From: an uncultured candidatus Brocadiaceae bacterium
GTDB taxonomy: Bacteria > Planctomycetota > Brocadiia > SM23-32
Assembly (NCBI GenBank): GCA_964448935.1
Contig: CAYVBE010000003.1
Coordinates: 1-55,423, forward strand
DNA length: 55,423 bases
Direction of reading: 5' to 3'
Numbering within the stretch: the stretch's first letter is position 1; every line of letters starts with the position of its first letter. The translations under genes and the position numbers were made by a program. The notes below the pieces were generated by a model that worked only from the letters and a program-made list of their open reading frames with translations, was not told where the DNA came from and made no database searches. Of the stretch, positions 32,703 to 42,600 are shown in pieces.

Positions 32703-35525
32703 TCAACGGAAGGAGTAGGCGAACTCCTCCTCCACCACCGTGACTTCGACGGCCGAGATATCCTCCTCCTCCATCAGGCGGGTGAGTATCTGCCGGCTTA
32801 TCTCGGGCAGCAGCGTATTGGTCAGTATGGCGTCCACCATCCGCGCCCCGCTCTCCACCTCCGTGCAGCGCCGGGCTATCAGGTCGGACACCTCGTCGTC
32901 GCAGACAAGCTCGATGTCGCGGTTCTGCCGCAGCCGGCGCTGAATCCTGCTGAGCTGCAGCCGGATGATCTCCCGCAGGACCTCGTCCCCGATGGGGTAG
33001 TACGGCACCACCACCAGCCTGCCCAGCAGCGCCGGCGGGAAGACGCTCAGCAGCGGCTCCCGCAGGCTTTTGCGCAGGCCGTCGGGGTCGGGCAGCAGCT
33101 CAGGGTCCTCGCACATATCCATCACGAGGTCCCCGCCCGCGTTGGTGGTCAGCAGGATGACGGTGTTCTTGAAGTCAATCAACCGCCCCTCGCCGTCCTC
33201 CATCATGCCCTTGTCGAAGACCTGGTAGAAGATCTCGTGGACGTCGGGATGGGCCTTCTCCACCTCGTCCAGCAGCACCACACTGTAGGGGCGCCTGCGG
33301 ACGGCCTCGGTCAGCACGCCGCCCTCGCCGTAGCCTACGTAGCCCGGAGGCGCACCCTTGAGGGTGGAGACGGTGTGGGACTCCTGGAACTCGCTCATGT
33401 TGATGGTGATCAGGTTCTGCTCGCCGCCGTAGAGGGCCTCCGCCAGGGCCAGCGCTGTCTCCGTCTTGCCCACGCCGCTGGGGCCGGCCAGCATAAACAC
33501 GCCCACCGGCCTCCTGGGGTCCACCATTCCGGCGCGCGAGGTGACCATGCGCCTGGCGATTGCCTCCAGAGCGTGGCGCTGGCCCAGAACGCGCTCCTCC
33601 AGCCGGTCCGCCAGGCCGAGCACGTTGCTGATCTGGCTGCGCACCATGCGGCCGACGGGGATGCCGGTCCAGTCGGCCACCACGGAGGCCACCACGTGCG
33701 GCTCCACGGTGTGGATGACAAGCGGGCGCTCGCCCTGTATCTCGCGCAACTCGTCCTGGATCTGCCGCAACTGCTCGGTCAGGTCCTCCGTCTCCTCTTC
33801 CCCGGGCGCGGGCGCTTCGGCGACTTCGGGTTCTGCCTCCTCCGCGCCGGCCTCCTCCTCGGCTTCGGCGGCCTCTGTGGCTTCCTCTTCGGTCTCAGCG
33901 GCTTCGGCCCCGGGTTCCGCCTCGGCCGGCGCCTCCTCCTCTTCTTCCTCGACGGCCTCGCCGTCTCCGCCGGTAAGTTTCGCGCGAAGCTCCAGGATAC
34001 TCTCCACGCGGTCCTGCTCCTCCTGCCAGCGCGCTTCCAGTTGCTCCAGCCTCTCGGAGGCTTCCCCCAGCGCATCCTCGATCTCCGCGCGCCGCTCCTG
34101 GTCGCCGCCGCCGACGGCGGTCTCGCGCTCGATTATCTGCAGTTCGGTCTCGAGGGCTTCGATGCGGCGGCGCACGTTCTCCACCTCGGCGGGAACGGCG
34201 TGCTGGCTGATGGCCACCCTGGCGCAGACGGTGTCCAGCAGGCTGATGGCCTTGTCCGGCAGTTGCCGGTCGGGGATGTAGCGGTGGGAAAGTTCCACGG
34301 CGGCGGACAGGGCGCCGTCCAGAATCTGCACCTTGTGGTGCTTCTCCAGCGTTCCGGCCACCGCGCGGGCCATCTGCATGGCCTTATCCTCGCCGGGTTC
34401 TTCCACCTTGACCACCTGGAACCGCCGGGTAAGGGCGGGGTCCTTCTCGAAGTACTTCTTGTATTCCGCCCACGTGGTGGCGGCGATGGTGCGCAGCGTG
34501 CCGCGGGCCAGCGCGGGCTTGAGGAGGTTGGCCGCATCGCCCTGCCCGGCGCTGCCTCCGGCGCCCACCAGGTTGTGGGCCTCGTCAATGAACAGGATGA
34601 TCGGGCTCTCCGACTGCTGTACCTCCTCGATAACCTGCTTGAGCCGCTTTTCGAACTCGCCTTTCATGCTGGCGCCGGCCTGCAGCAGGCCCAGGTCCAG
34701 CGACCGGACCGAGACGTTCTGCAGCGGCGGCGGCACGTCGCCGCGGACTATCCTCTGGGCGAACCCTTCCACCACGGCCGTCTTGCCCACGCCGGCCTCG
34801 CCGGTGAGGATGGGGTTGTTCTGGCGGCGGCGCATCAGGATGTCAACGATCTGGCGTATCTCGTCGTCACGTCCCACGATGGGGTCTATATCGCCTTCCC
34901 GCGCGCGCTCGGTCAGGTCAATGGCAAAGCGCGAGAGCGCCTCCTGCCTGCCCATGGCGCTCGGCGCCATCCCGGCGGCCCTCTCCTCGCCCTCGGCCGC
35001 CCCGGCGTCGGCGGCCAGTTGCGAGCCGTCCTTCGTGCCCAGGCCTTCCTCGGGGGAATCGCCCACGATCTTGCCGAAGTTGTCGGTCAGGTCGTCGGCC
35101 TTCAGCTTCTCGAACTGGCCCGAGATGTTCAGCAATATGTCCTGCAGGTTGGACGTTTTGGCAATGCCCACCACGAGATGGCCGGTGCGGATGCTGGACT
35201 CGCCGAACAGCAGCGTGCAGTAGAACCAGCCGCGCTCCACGACGTCGTCCAGGTGGGAGGAGAAGGTGGACACGGATGTTCCGCCCCTGGGGAACTGGTC
35301 CAGGGCCGTGGTCAGGTCGCCGGCCAGCCGGGACGGGTTGACCTCGAAGTGCCGGATGATCCGGTGCAGGTCGGAGTCCTGCAACTGCAGTATCTGGTGC
35401 ACCCAGTGAGCCAGTTCCACGTAGGGATTGCCGCGCATTTTGGCAAAGATGGTAGCGCTTTCCAGGGCCTTGTAGGCCACGCTGTTCAGCTTACCGTAGA
35501 GTACAGCCCGTCTTATCTCGGCCAT
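32703..35525 (-). CDS. clpV: Type VI secretion AAA+ ATPase ClpV (TssH)
   Basis: 940 aa. ClpV-type N-domain and two Walker A motifs (GEAGVGKT, GPSGVGKT). Located between tssG and vgrG. Carries an E/A-rich insertion in the middle domain. Confidence 0.95.
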   Translation of the reverse strand: MAEIRRAVLYGKLNSVAYKALESATIFAKMRGNPYVELAHWVHQILQLQDSDLHRIIRHFEVNPSRLAGDLTTALDQFPRGGTSVSTFSSHLDDVVERGWFYCTLLFGESSIRTGHLVVGIAKTSNLQDILLNISGQFEKLKADDLTDNFGKIVGDSPEEGLGTKDGSQLAADAGAAEGEERAAGMAPSAMGRQEALSRFAIDLTERAREGDIDPIVGRDDEIRQIVDILMRRRQNNPILTGEAGVGKTAVVEGFAQRIVRGDVPPPLQNVSVRSLDLGLLQAGASMKGEFEKRLKQVIEEVQQSESPIILFIDEAHNLVGAGGSAGQGDAANLLKPALARGTLRTIAATTWAEYKKYFEKDPALTRRFQVVKVEEPGEDKAMQMARAVAGTLEKHHKVQILDGALSAAVELSHRYIPDRQLPDKAISLLDTVCARVAISQHAVPAEVENVRRRIEALETELQIIERETAVGGGDQERRAEIEDALGEASERLEQLEARWQEEQDRVESILELRAKLTGGDGEAVEEEEEEAPAEAEPGAEAAETEEEATEAAEAEEEAGAEEAEPEVAEAPAPGEEETEDLTEQLRQIQDELREIQGERPLVIHTVEPHVVASVVADWTGIPVGRMVRSQISNVLGLADRLEERVLGQRHALEAIARRMVTSRAGMVDPRRPVGVFMLAGPSGVGKTETALALAEALYGGEQNLITINMSEFQESHTVSTLKGAPPGYVGYGEGGVLTEAVRRRPYSVVLLDEVEKAHPDVHEIFYQVFDKGMMEDGEGRLIDFKNTVILLTTNAGGDLVMDMCEDPELLPDPDGLRKSLREPLLSVFPPALLGRLVVVPYYPIGDEVLREIIRLQLSRIQRRLRQNRDIELVCDDEVSDLIARRCTEVESGARMVDAILTNTLLPEISRQILTRLMEEEDISAVEVTVVEEEFAYSFR

Positions 35526-35574
35526 CTGTCTCTCCTGACTCTCCTCGAGGGGGCAGTTGTCCGCCTTCCGACCC

Positions 35575-36612
35575 TTATCTGTGGGCGCCGTCCTCTATCT
35601 GCCGGCTCTCGATCACCACCTGATCGGCGTCCTCCGGAAGCGGACTGGTTTTCAGCCAGGTGGACCAGCCGAGCCCGTTCGGCCCCCCCAGCTTCAGTTC
35701 GGGTATCTCCTCGGCCTTCAGGACCAGTTGCACCTCCCAGGCCAGCACGCTTCCCACGTAGTTCCGCACCCAGGCGGCCAGTTCCGGCAGGCCGTCGCCG
35801 GAGGGCAACATGCGCAGGAACTGCCGCAGGTCCAGCGGGCCCATCCTGATTCGGAACTTGTGCTGGCACTCCCACACCCGGTCGCCGATCACCAGGTCCT
35901 CCCCCAGAGAACCGGGGGCGGACGGCACGCCCAGTCGACAGCGCGAGCCGGGGGGCATCTGCAGCCATTCGCCCACGAACTGCTCGATGTCGACGGGTAC
36001 CTGGAAGTAATCGCCCAGAAGTGCCCGCAGCCCGGCGGCGGAACTGGTGCGCCCGGCCAGCAGGCCGGAGTAGTGCAGCTTGGCCACGTCGGGCGTCGAG
36101 TCCCTGCCCTGCAGCGCGGGCATGCCCACGCCGAAAAGGCTGCCGATGAAGTTCGAGAACCGATCCGCCTCACCGCGCTCGTAGTTCACCGTCTTCCGCG
36201 CCCCGGCCCAGGCCAGGTAGAAGAACGAGATCATGCGGTGATGGAACACGTCCAGAAAGCGCGCCAGCGTCTCGTCGTGATGGCTGTGAATGCGGCCGCA
36301 CACGTACTCGGTCAGGTGCAGCGGCATGGGCCCGTTGGGGCCCAGCAGGCCGAAGAAGTGGACGAACATGCGGGCGGGCGTGCCGCCCCCCGCCGGCTGG
36401 AAGGAAGCTATGGTGGAAGGCGCAAAGTGAAGGCGGGGCTTCTGGCAGAACCGGACCGGGTCGTGCGAGGGACGGATGGAATCCCCGACGCGCGACTTCC
36501 GCGCCGCCGCGCACTCCAGCCGTCGCACCGCCTGGAAGAAGTCGAAGCGGTACGGCTCACGGCTGAGCCGCTCCATCAGAGTGTCTGCTGGCGACCGGTC
36601 CTCGTCGGCCAT
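35575..36612 (-). CDS. tssG: Type VI secretion baseplate subunit TssG
   Basis: EPYRFDFFQAVRRLE signature near the N-terminus. Start taken at ATG 36612 (MADEDRS...). The ORF-track extension to 37122 is Arg/Gly-rich and lies inside tssF. An alternative ATG at 36576 overlaps the tssF stop as TGATG. Confidence 0.88.
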   Translation of the reverse strand: MADEDRSPADTLMERLSREPYRFDFFQAVRRLECAAARKSRVGDSIRPSHDPVRFCQKPRLHFAPSTIASFQPAGGGTPARMFVHFFGLLGPNGPMPLHLTEYVCGRIHSHHDETLARFLDVFHHRMISFFYLAWAGARKTVNYERGEADRFSNFIGSLFGVGMPALQGRDSTPDVAKLHYSGLLAGRTSSAAGLRALLGDYFQVPVDIEQFVGEWLQMPPGSRCRLGVPSAPGSLGEDLVIGDRVWECQHKFRIRMGPLDLRQFLRMLPSGDGLPELAAWVRNYVGSVLAWEVQLVLKAEEIPELKLGGPNGLGWSTWLKTSPLPEDADQVVIESRQIEDGAHR

Positions 36613-38453
36613 CGCATCATCTCGCCTCTGAAAACCGATTGGATCACCGTCTCGGTAAAGGAATTGATGGAAGCGTATTCGGCGAAGAACCGCTCCAGAA
36701 CCGCCCCGATCAGAAAAGCGCCCGTCCCCTCGAATGCGGCCTCGTCCAGGGTCAACTCCACCTCCAGGCCCCGCGCAAAGGCGATGGGCCCGCTGACGCG
36801 GCGAACGATCTCGCGGCTCTTCACGGAGTTGATGCCCTGGATCTGGCGCATCTTGTCCGTCTCGCCGGCGGCGCAGTAGAGGCTCAGTAGCTCGTGCAGC
36901 GCCGCAGCGCCGGAACCGCCCTCGGTGTCGGTGAGCGAAAGATAGTTCAGCGTAAGGTGGCTGATGGCGCGCCAGGCGGCCCTGCCGCCCAGGTGCGCCG
37001 GCTGCGGGCGCGTGGGGCCACTGACGCAACGCACGGACGTGATGGGCAGCTTCTGCTCCAGCGTGAAATCCGTGGTCCCCAGGCCCAGAGGCATCTGCAG
37101 CGGCAGGTCGCGATTGGTGCACAGTATCTCGGCGTGCAGTTGCCGCAGGTCCGGGTGGTACGGCGCCGCCTCGCCGTCCACCAGCGACACGTAGACCTCG
37201 CTGCCCACGTAGCTGGAGCGCGTGCCGAACTGCTTTTCCCGGCCGGAAAGCACCCGGCGCCGGCGCTCCACGGTGTAGTATGCCCCGTCGTCACCGCTCC
37301 GGGCGCTGCCGTGGCGCAGGGCGTAGAACGGCAGGAACTCCCGGCGGACGTCGCGCGTGCGCCCGGAACCGGTCAACTTCGAGACGCGGTAGACCTCGTA
37401 GTCCAGGGGGGCCGTCCGGTCGGGCACGACGTGGAATTCGTGGAAACGCTCCTCCACGAAGATGGGCGCCGCCCTCCGCGGGAACAGGTTGATGGCCGGG
37501 GCGCAGAAGAGCCTGCAGTGGGACTCGTCCACCCGGCCCTCCAGTTCCGCCTGCACCCTGTCGAACAGCAGGATCACCTCCATCTCGGGGCCTTCGCAGC
37601 GGGCGGCGGCCGGCCGCAGGCCCTCCACACGGACGAACATGAACCGCTGCGGGAAGGCGAAATACTCGTGCAGAAGGCGATAGCCCTGGAAGGAGCGGGC
37701 CTCGTAGGGGATCAGGCTCTCCTGGTCGTCAAAGCCGACCTGCGCCACGTTCTGCGGGTCCAGAAGCTGGTTGGGGCGCCCCTTCTCGCCCGCCTCACGG
37801 GCCACCACGCCACAGCAGTGCGCGAATATCTGCTCGTAAAGGCGCATGGGCTGCGCGCCGACCCCGCCCAGGTAAAACGTCAGGGAATCCAGGGCAATCT
37901 CCTGGAAGGGATCGCCGGTCATGCTGCGCAGGCCGATGCGCAGGGCGGCCCGGCCCGTGCAGTTCTCGGGCAGCGACAGCGTGTCCAGCCCGCGGCTCAG
38001 GTACTGGACCTCCGTCACCTCGACGGGATAGAGCGTGGCCTCGTGGGCCGTACGGTATTCGCACGGCGTCGCGTCTTCGGGGCCGGTCAGGCTCCTGAGC
38101 ACCGTGCCCCGCGGTATCCGGTATCCCTCGCTCAGTTCCCCCTCGCCCAGGTCCGGCGTCATCTGGACCAGGGCCATGGACGGCGTGGGGGCCAGATAAT
38201 GGGGATAGACGGTCTCCAGCAGCGACTGGGTAAAGGTGGGGAACTCGGCGTCGAGCTTCAGATGGACGCGGGCGGCCAGGAAGGCGAAACCTTCCAGCAG
38301 CCGCTCCACGTAGGGATCGCGGCATATATCGTCAGTCCCGGTGTCCAGCCCCAGGCGGCCGGCGATTTTGGGGAACTCCCGCGCGAACTCGGCTCCCATT
38401 TCGCGCAGGAACTGCAATTCCCTGTTGTAATACTGAAGAAACTGTTCATTCAT
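36576..38453 (-). CDS. tssF: Type VI secretion baseplate subunit TssF
   Basis: 625 aa with the N-terminus MNEQFLQYYNRELQFLREMGAEFAREFPKIAGRL, typical of TssF. Confidence 0.95.
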   Translation of the reverse strand: MNEQFLQYYNRELQFLREMGAEFAREFPKIAGRLGLDTGTDDICRDPYVERLLEGFAFLAARVHLKLDAEFPTFTQSLLETVYPHYLAPTPSMALVQMTPDLGEGELSEGYRIPRGTVLRSLTGPEDATPCEYRTAHEATLYPVEVTEVQYLSRGLDTLSLPENCTGRAALRIGLRSMTGDPFQEIALDSLTFYLGGVGAQPMRLYEQIFAHCCGVVAREAGEKGRPNQLLDPQNVAQVGFDDQESLIPYEARSFQGYRLLHEYFAFPQRFMFVRVEGLRPAAARCEGPEMEVILLFDRVQAELEGRVDESHCRLFCAPAINLFPRRAAPIFVEERFHEFHVVPDRTAPLDYEVYRVSKLTGSGRTRDVRREFLPFYALRHGSARSGDDGAYYTVERRRRVLSGREKQFGTRSSYVGSEVYVSLVDGEAAPYHPDLRQLHAEILCTNRDLPLQMPLGLGTTDFTLEQKLPITSVRCVSGPTRPQPAHLGGRAAWRAISHLTLNYLSLTDTEGGSGAAALHELLSLYCAAGETDKMRQIQGINSVKSREIVRRVSGPIAFARGLEVELTLDEAAFEGTGAFLIGAVLERFFAEYASINSFTETVIQSVFRGEMMRWPTRTGRQQTL

Positions 38454-38457
38454 TTTC

Positions 38458-38949
38458 TCACGCGTGCACCTCGAACCTCCCGGTGCCCAGGTCCACTTCC
38501 GTCTCGATGTAGAGTTCCTCGGGAACGGGTTGAGCCCAAAGCTCGCCCGATATCTCGAAGCGCAGCTGCGCCCCCTCCTCCTCGCCCTCGGTCGCTATGC
38601 GCACCCGGAGGGAGTTCGGGTCTATACGCGGCTCGAAGCGCCGCAGCGCCCGCACCAGCTCCCTCTCGATACCCGTCACGTCCACTCCCTGGGCCACCAT
38701 GCCGGTCAGGTCGCGGACGCCGTAGTTCAGCACGGAGTCGGCAACTTCTGGGTATTCCTCCAGCGCCTCGCCCAGACCACTGCGCCCGGTGTTGAGCAGC
38801 CACATCAGATCGCGCTGAACCCCGGCCATGTAGCGCCGCAGCGGGATGATGCGCTGCTGGCGGCTCTCCTTTTCCTCTTGGGGGTGGTCGTCCGTGAGCC
38901 GGTCTATCAGGCAGGGCTGCAGCCGTTCGGACGGTGTCAGTTCAGCCAT
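38458..38949 (-). CDS. tssE: Type VI secretion baseplate subunit TssE (gp25-like)
   Basis: 163 aa with LQPCLIDRLTDD and VLNYGVRDLTG. Its start overlaps the tagJ stop (ATGGCTGA). Confidence 0.9.
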   Translation of the reverse strand: MAELTPSERLQPCLIDRLTDDHPQEEKESRQQRIIPLRRYMAGVQRDLMWLLNTGRSGLGEALEEYPEVADSVLNYGVRDLTGMVAQGVDVTGIERELVRALRRFEPRIDPNSLRVRIATEGEEEGAQLRFEISGELWAQPVPEELYIETEVDLGTGRFEVHA

Positions 38950-39769
38950 CGGATTCCTCGGGCTCTTCTTCCTCAGCTTCCGGCTGGTTCACCGTGATCG
39001 TGCGCACCTGCAGCAGGGGATGTTCCCCTGCGTCCGTGTAGAGCATCTTCTGGCCGAGGCCCCTGTAGATGCCACCCGGGGCTTCCAGCCAGTCCGTCTT
39101 GGCGGACTTGCGGATGGCGATGTCGGAACAGTCCTCCGACCCCGGGTAACGCACGGGTATGAGGCCGACGGACTCGCCCTCGGCCGCCCAGATGAACTGC
39201 GCCGGCGCCCAGACCAGATCCCGCAGGTCGGCCGGTTCCTCGATGGTAACCCGCCGGATGGCCGAGAACGGCACCCAGAAGTATTTGCCGTCCACCACGG
39301 CCTCCAGGAAAGGCCCCACCCGTGAGTCGCCGTCCATGATCCACTCGAACGGCTCGTCGTTGATCGTCCCCTCCACGGAAGGGGCAGCCTCAAAGGCCTT
39401 GTCCCGAAGCTCCTCCGATGCCTGGGGCTGGCCCTGGCCGGCAAGCTGATTGGCCTGCACCCAGTAGCCCACCCACTCGCCCGGCTCGCCGAAGAACAGC
39501 GGGGTTCGCCGTCCCTCGAACACATCCTGCCGGAACGTTTCGCACTGCAGCGCGGCCCGGCAGACGTGCACCATCAGCAGGTGTTTGGCGTCCAGCTTGC
39601 CCACCACGTTGAGCTGGGTGAGCGCCCTGTCCCAGTCGCCCATGATGCACAGAAGCTGGAAGAGGAATACCCGCAGTTCCGGATCGCTGGGATCGGCGCG
39701 GATCTGCTCTTTCAGTCTTGCGAGCGTTTCTTCAACGCGACCGGCCCGGAACAGTTCGTCGGCATCCAT
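38942..39769 (-). CDS. tagJ: T6SS accessory protein TagJ (ImpE family)
   Basis: 275 aa. TPR-like N-terminus (RADPSDPELRVFLFQLLCIMGDWDRALTQL) and an ImpE-like C-terminal half. Located between hcp and tssE as in H1-T6SS. Confidence 0.75.
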   Translation of the reverse strand: MDADELFRAGRVEETLARLKEQIRADPSDPELRVFLFQLLCIMGDWDRALTQLNVVGKLDAKHLLMVHVCRAALQCETFRQDVFEGRRTPLFFGEPGEWVGYWVQANQLAGQGQPQASEELRDKAFEAAPSVEGTINDEPFEWIMDGDSRVGPFLEAVVDGKYFWVPFSAIRRVTIEEPADLRDLVWAPAQFIWAAEGESVGLIPVRYPGSEDCSDIAIRKSAKTDWLEAPGGIYRGLGQKMLYTDAGEHPLLQVRTITVNQPEAEEEEPEESDG

Positions 39770-39869
39770 GCGGGACCCCCGGCGGTTCGATGCTCAGACC
39801 GCCACTGACGGATAAAGGGAAGCGGACGGGGTGGACGTGTAGCAGCGCCCTCCCCGCCCGCCGGTTCGC

Positions 39870-40370
39870 CTACATCGCCCGGTTTTGCAGGACGCTCCAG
39901 CCGGCCCGAATGGGGGCGCTGGTCTTGCCGCCGCCGGTCGGGTCCGTCGGGGTGTATTCCCAGTGAATCTCGCCGTAGCGGAAGTAGATCCTCTCCATGG
40001 GAATGGGGTCCTCGCTCTCGGTGCTGCCCTTCGTCTCTATCTGGGCCACAATCGAGTCCTTGAACGTATAGACCATGAACACGGTCTTGTCGCCCATGGC
40101 CCGGCAGCACTCCAATGTGATCTCGGTAATGGGCTTGGCGTTGCAGCAGTACATGGACAAGGTGGGGGAGGCGCTGTCCAGCCGCTTGGTAATTCTAAAT
40201 TCATCGTGATCGGCGCGCCCGCCGGTGTGCACGCCCTGCGCGCTGGCGACGCCACCGGCCGGCTGGGATATGCCGTGCCGGAATTCGCTCACCTCCATCC
40301 ACTGCTTGTGCGCCTCGTCCTGGCTGTCGCCCTGGATCCCTTGGATCTTCAAAAACGCATCAAACGCCAT
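39870..40370 (-). CDS. hcp: Type VI secretion tube protein Hcp (TssD)
   Basis: 166 aa. MAFDAFLKIQGIQGDSQDEAHKQWMEVSEF and IYFRYGEIHWEY match the Hcp1 family pattern. AGGAGGGGAAGG Shine-Dalgarno upstream. Confidence 0.93.
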   Translation of the reverse strand: MAFDAFLKIQGIQGDSQDEAHKQWMEVSEFRHGISQPAGGVASAQGVHTGGRADHDEFRITKRLDSASPTLSMYCCNAKPITEITLECCRAMGDKTVFMVYTFKDSIVAQIETKGSTESEDPIPMERIYFRYGEIHWEYTPTDPTGGGKTSAPIRAGWSVLQNRAM

Positions 40371-40529
40371 TGCCTTCCCCTCCTAGTCTAACGCCACAAT
40401 TAGCCACCACACCCATCGGCCCGGGACTGCCCGTCTCGACGGACTTTCCGGTGAAGAATCCGTCGGCCGATCGGTCCTGCATCAACGGGCTCGCGGGTCT
40501 CCATAGTGCGTATGCCCCGCGATCTTTCG

Positions 40530-42026
40530 CTATTCCCCTTTCACGGAGGGGAGTTTCGAGACCAGCCGCAGGGACACGTCGACACCCTCGAGCTGGTAAT
40601 GGGGCCGCAGGTAAAACCGCGCCCGGTAGTAACCCGGGTCGCCTTCCACCTCTTCGACATGGACCTCTGCCTCCGCAAGGGGGTACTTCGCCTTGCGCTC
40701 TTCGGGGGCGTTGGCCGGGTCCGCTTCGACGTAGTTCTGAATCCAGCGGTTCAGCCAGCGCTCCATGTCCTCGCGTTCCTTGAAGGACCCTATCTTGTCC
40801 CGAACGATGGCCTTCAGGTAGTGCGCGAACCGACAGACCGCCATCATGTACGGCAGGCGGGACCCCAGGCGCTCGTTGGCCGTCGCGTCCGGGTCGTCGT
40901 ATTCCTGCGGTTTGTGCAGGCTCTGCCCGCCGATGAAGACGGAGTAGTCGGTGTTTTTGTAGTGGCACAGCGGCAGGAACCCGTTGTCGGACAGTTCCTT
41001 CTCCCGCCGATCGGTGACGGCTATCTCCGTGGGGCACTTCATGTCCTGGCCGCCGTCGTCGGTGGGGAACACGTGCGTGGGCAGGTTCTCGACCGCTCCG
41101 CCGCTCTCCAGACCTCGGATGCGCGCGCACCAGCCGTACTGCTCGAAGGCACGGTTGATGTTGGTAGCCATGGCATAGGCCGCATTGGACCACGTGTATT
41201 TATCGTGCGCCCCGGCCTCGGTCTCCTCCTCGAAGTCGAACTCCTCCACGGGGTCCGTCTGCGACCCGTAGGGCAGTCGCGAGAGAAACCGTGGCATCGT
41301 CAGGGCCACGTATTTGGCATCCTCGGACTCCCGCAGGGAACGCCACGCGGCGTATTCGGGAATCTGGAAGATTTTGCCGATGTCTCTGGGGTTGTCCAGT
41401 TCCTGCCAGCTTTCCATCTGCAGCAGGTCGGGCGATGCGCCGGAGATGAAGGGCGCGTGCGCCGCCGCCGCTACGCGGGCGATGCCGCGCAGCACCTCGA
41501 CGTCGGGCGGGCTCTGGTCGAAGTAGTAGTCCCCCACCAGGCAGCCGTAAGGCTCGCCGCCCGGGGTGCCGTACTCGTGCTCGTATATCTTCTCGAACAG
41601 CGGGCTCTGGTCCCACGCGGCGCCTTTGTAGCGCTTGAACGTCTTCCCCAATTCGTCCTTGGAGATGTTCATGACGCGTATCTTAAGGGTCTCGTCCGTG
41701 TTGGTGTTGAACACCAGATGGTGAAGACCCCGCCAGGCGCCTTCGAGTTTTTGGAAATCCTGATGGTGGAGGACCAGGTTGACCTGCTCGGTGAGTTTCT
41801 GGTCCAGCTCACCGATGATGTTCTGGATGGTCTCTATGGCTTCTTCGCTGACCAGCGCGGTGTCGGAGAGTGCGTATTCGGCCAGGGTGCGCACGGCTTT
41901 GGATGCCTCTTCCCTGGACTGACTGGTCTTCAGGCGGAGTTCCTGTTCGAGCTGCTGCTCGAACACGTCGAACTCCTCAAGTTCAGTTGCCTCCTGTGGG
42001 GCTCTTGCTTCTTCTTCACTCGCCAT
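40530..42026 (-). CDS. tssC: Type VI secretion contractile sheath large subunit TssC
   Basis: 498 aa with VLHHQDFQKLEGAWRGLHHLV and other VipB-family blocks. Its start overlaps the tssB end by 11 nt. Confidence 0.95.
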   Translation of the reverse strand: MASEEEARAPQEATELEEFDVFEQQLEQELRLKTSQSREEASKAVRTLAEYALSDTALVSEEAIETIQNIIGELDQKLTEQVNLVLHHQDFQKLEGAWRGLHHLVFNTNTDETLKIRVMNISKDELGKTFKRYKGAAWDQSPLFEKIYEHEYGTPGGEPYGCLVGDYYFDQSPPDVEVLRGIARVAAAAHAPFISGASPDLLQMESWQELDNPRDIGKIFQIPEYAAWRSLRESEDAKYVALTMPRFLSRLPYGSQTDPVEEFDFEEETEAGAHDKYTWSNAAYAMATNINRAFEQYGWCARIRGLESGGAVENLPTHVFPTDDGGQDMKCPTEIAVTDRREKELSDNGFLPLCHYKNTDYSVFIGGQSLHKPQEYDDPDATANERLGSRLPYMMAVCRFAHYLKAIVRDKIGSFKEREDMERWLNRWIQNYVEADPANAPEERKAKYPLAEAEVHVEEVEGDPGYYRARFYLRPHYQLEGVDVSLRLVSKLPSVKGE

Positions 42027-42549
42027 CGCTCTCGCCCTCCTCGGAAGATTCAGCCTCGGAGTCCTCCGCCGGCGCCGAGGACAAGGCCTGCAACATCTGG
42101 GAGTCCTTCAACAGGTCCTTGATCAGGCCTTCCGCCCCGGTCTTGCCGTCTATACGGCTCAGCAGGTTGGAGAGCTGCTCCCTGGCGGTCAGCAGCTTGT
42201 TGAGGGCGTCCACTTTACGAGCAACGGCGGCGGGGGAGAAATCGTCCATGCTCTCGAACGTCAGATCAACGCTCAGGTTGCCCTCCCCCGTGATGGTGTT
42301 CGGCACCGTGAACGCCACGCGGGGCTTGGCAGCCTTCAGCCGATCGTCGAAGTTGTCCATGTCAATTTCCTGGAACTCCCGGTCGTCCGGGGAAGGCAAC
42401 GGCTCCTCCCGGTTGCCCGAAAGGTCGGACATCACACCCATCACAAACGGCAGGTTCATCTTCTTCTCCGCCCCGTACAGCTCCACGTCGTACTCGATCT
42501 GTACGCGTGGTTTCCGCGGAATGTCTTTCTGACTGCTTCCTCCCCGCAT
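42016..42549 (-). CDS. tssB: Type VI secretion contractile sheath small subunit TssB
   Basis: RVQIEYDVELYGAEKKMNLPFVMGVMSDLSG signature. ATG 42549 has GGGAGGAGG upstream; the ORF-track start at 42555 is a GTG. Confidence 0.93.
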   Translation of the reverse strand: MRGGSSQKDIPRKPRVQIEYDVELYGAEKKMNLPFVMGVMSDLSGNREEPLPSPDDREFQEIDMDNFDDRLKAAKPRVAFTVPNTITGEGNLSVDLTFESMDDFSPAAVARKVDALNKLLTAREQLSNLLSRIDGKTGAEGLIKDLLKDSQMLQALSSAPAEDSEAESSEEGESDGE

Positions 42550-42600
42550 CTGCACCTCCTCCCAAAGCTATTGACAGCGTGAGGAACGCCGAGCGCAATC

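Noticed and set aside
36613-37122. N-terminal extension of the tssG ORF to 515 aa (ORF-track start 37122).
   Set aside because: The extension lies entirely inside tssF in another frame and is Arg/Gly-rich nonsense. The TssG signature begins right after ATG 36612.
40392-40410. Sigma54-like element upstream of hcp (- strand TGGTGGCTAATTGTGGCG).
   Set aside because: The GG and GC dinucleotides are one nucleotide too close compared with TGGCAC-N5-TTGC, and the -12 element is poor. A similar look upstream of tpsB (TGAACCACTATTGCG) lacks the -24 GG.
40437-40465. Stem-loop CGACGGA-N15-TCCGTCG in the tssC-hcp spacer, as an attenuator or processing site.
   Set aside because: A 7-bp stem with a 15-nt loop and no U-tract is too weak to call on sequence alone.
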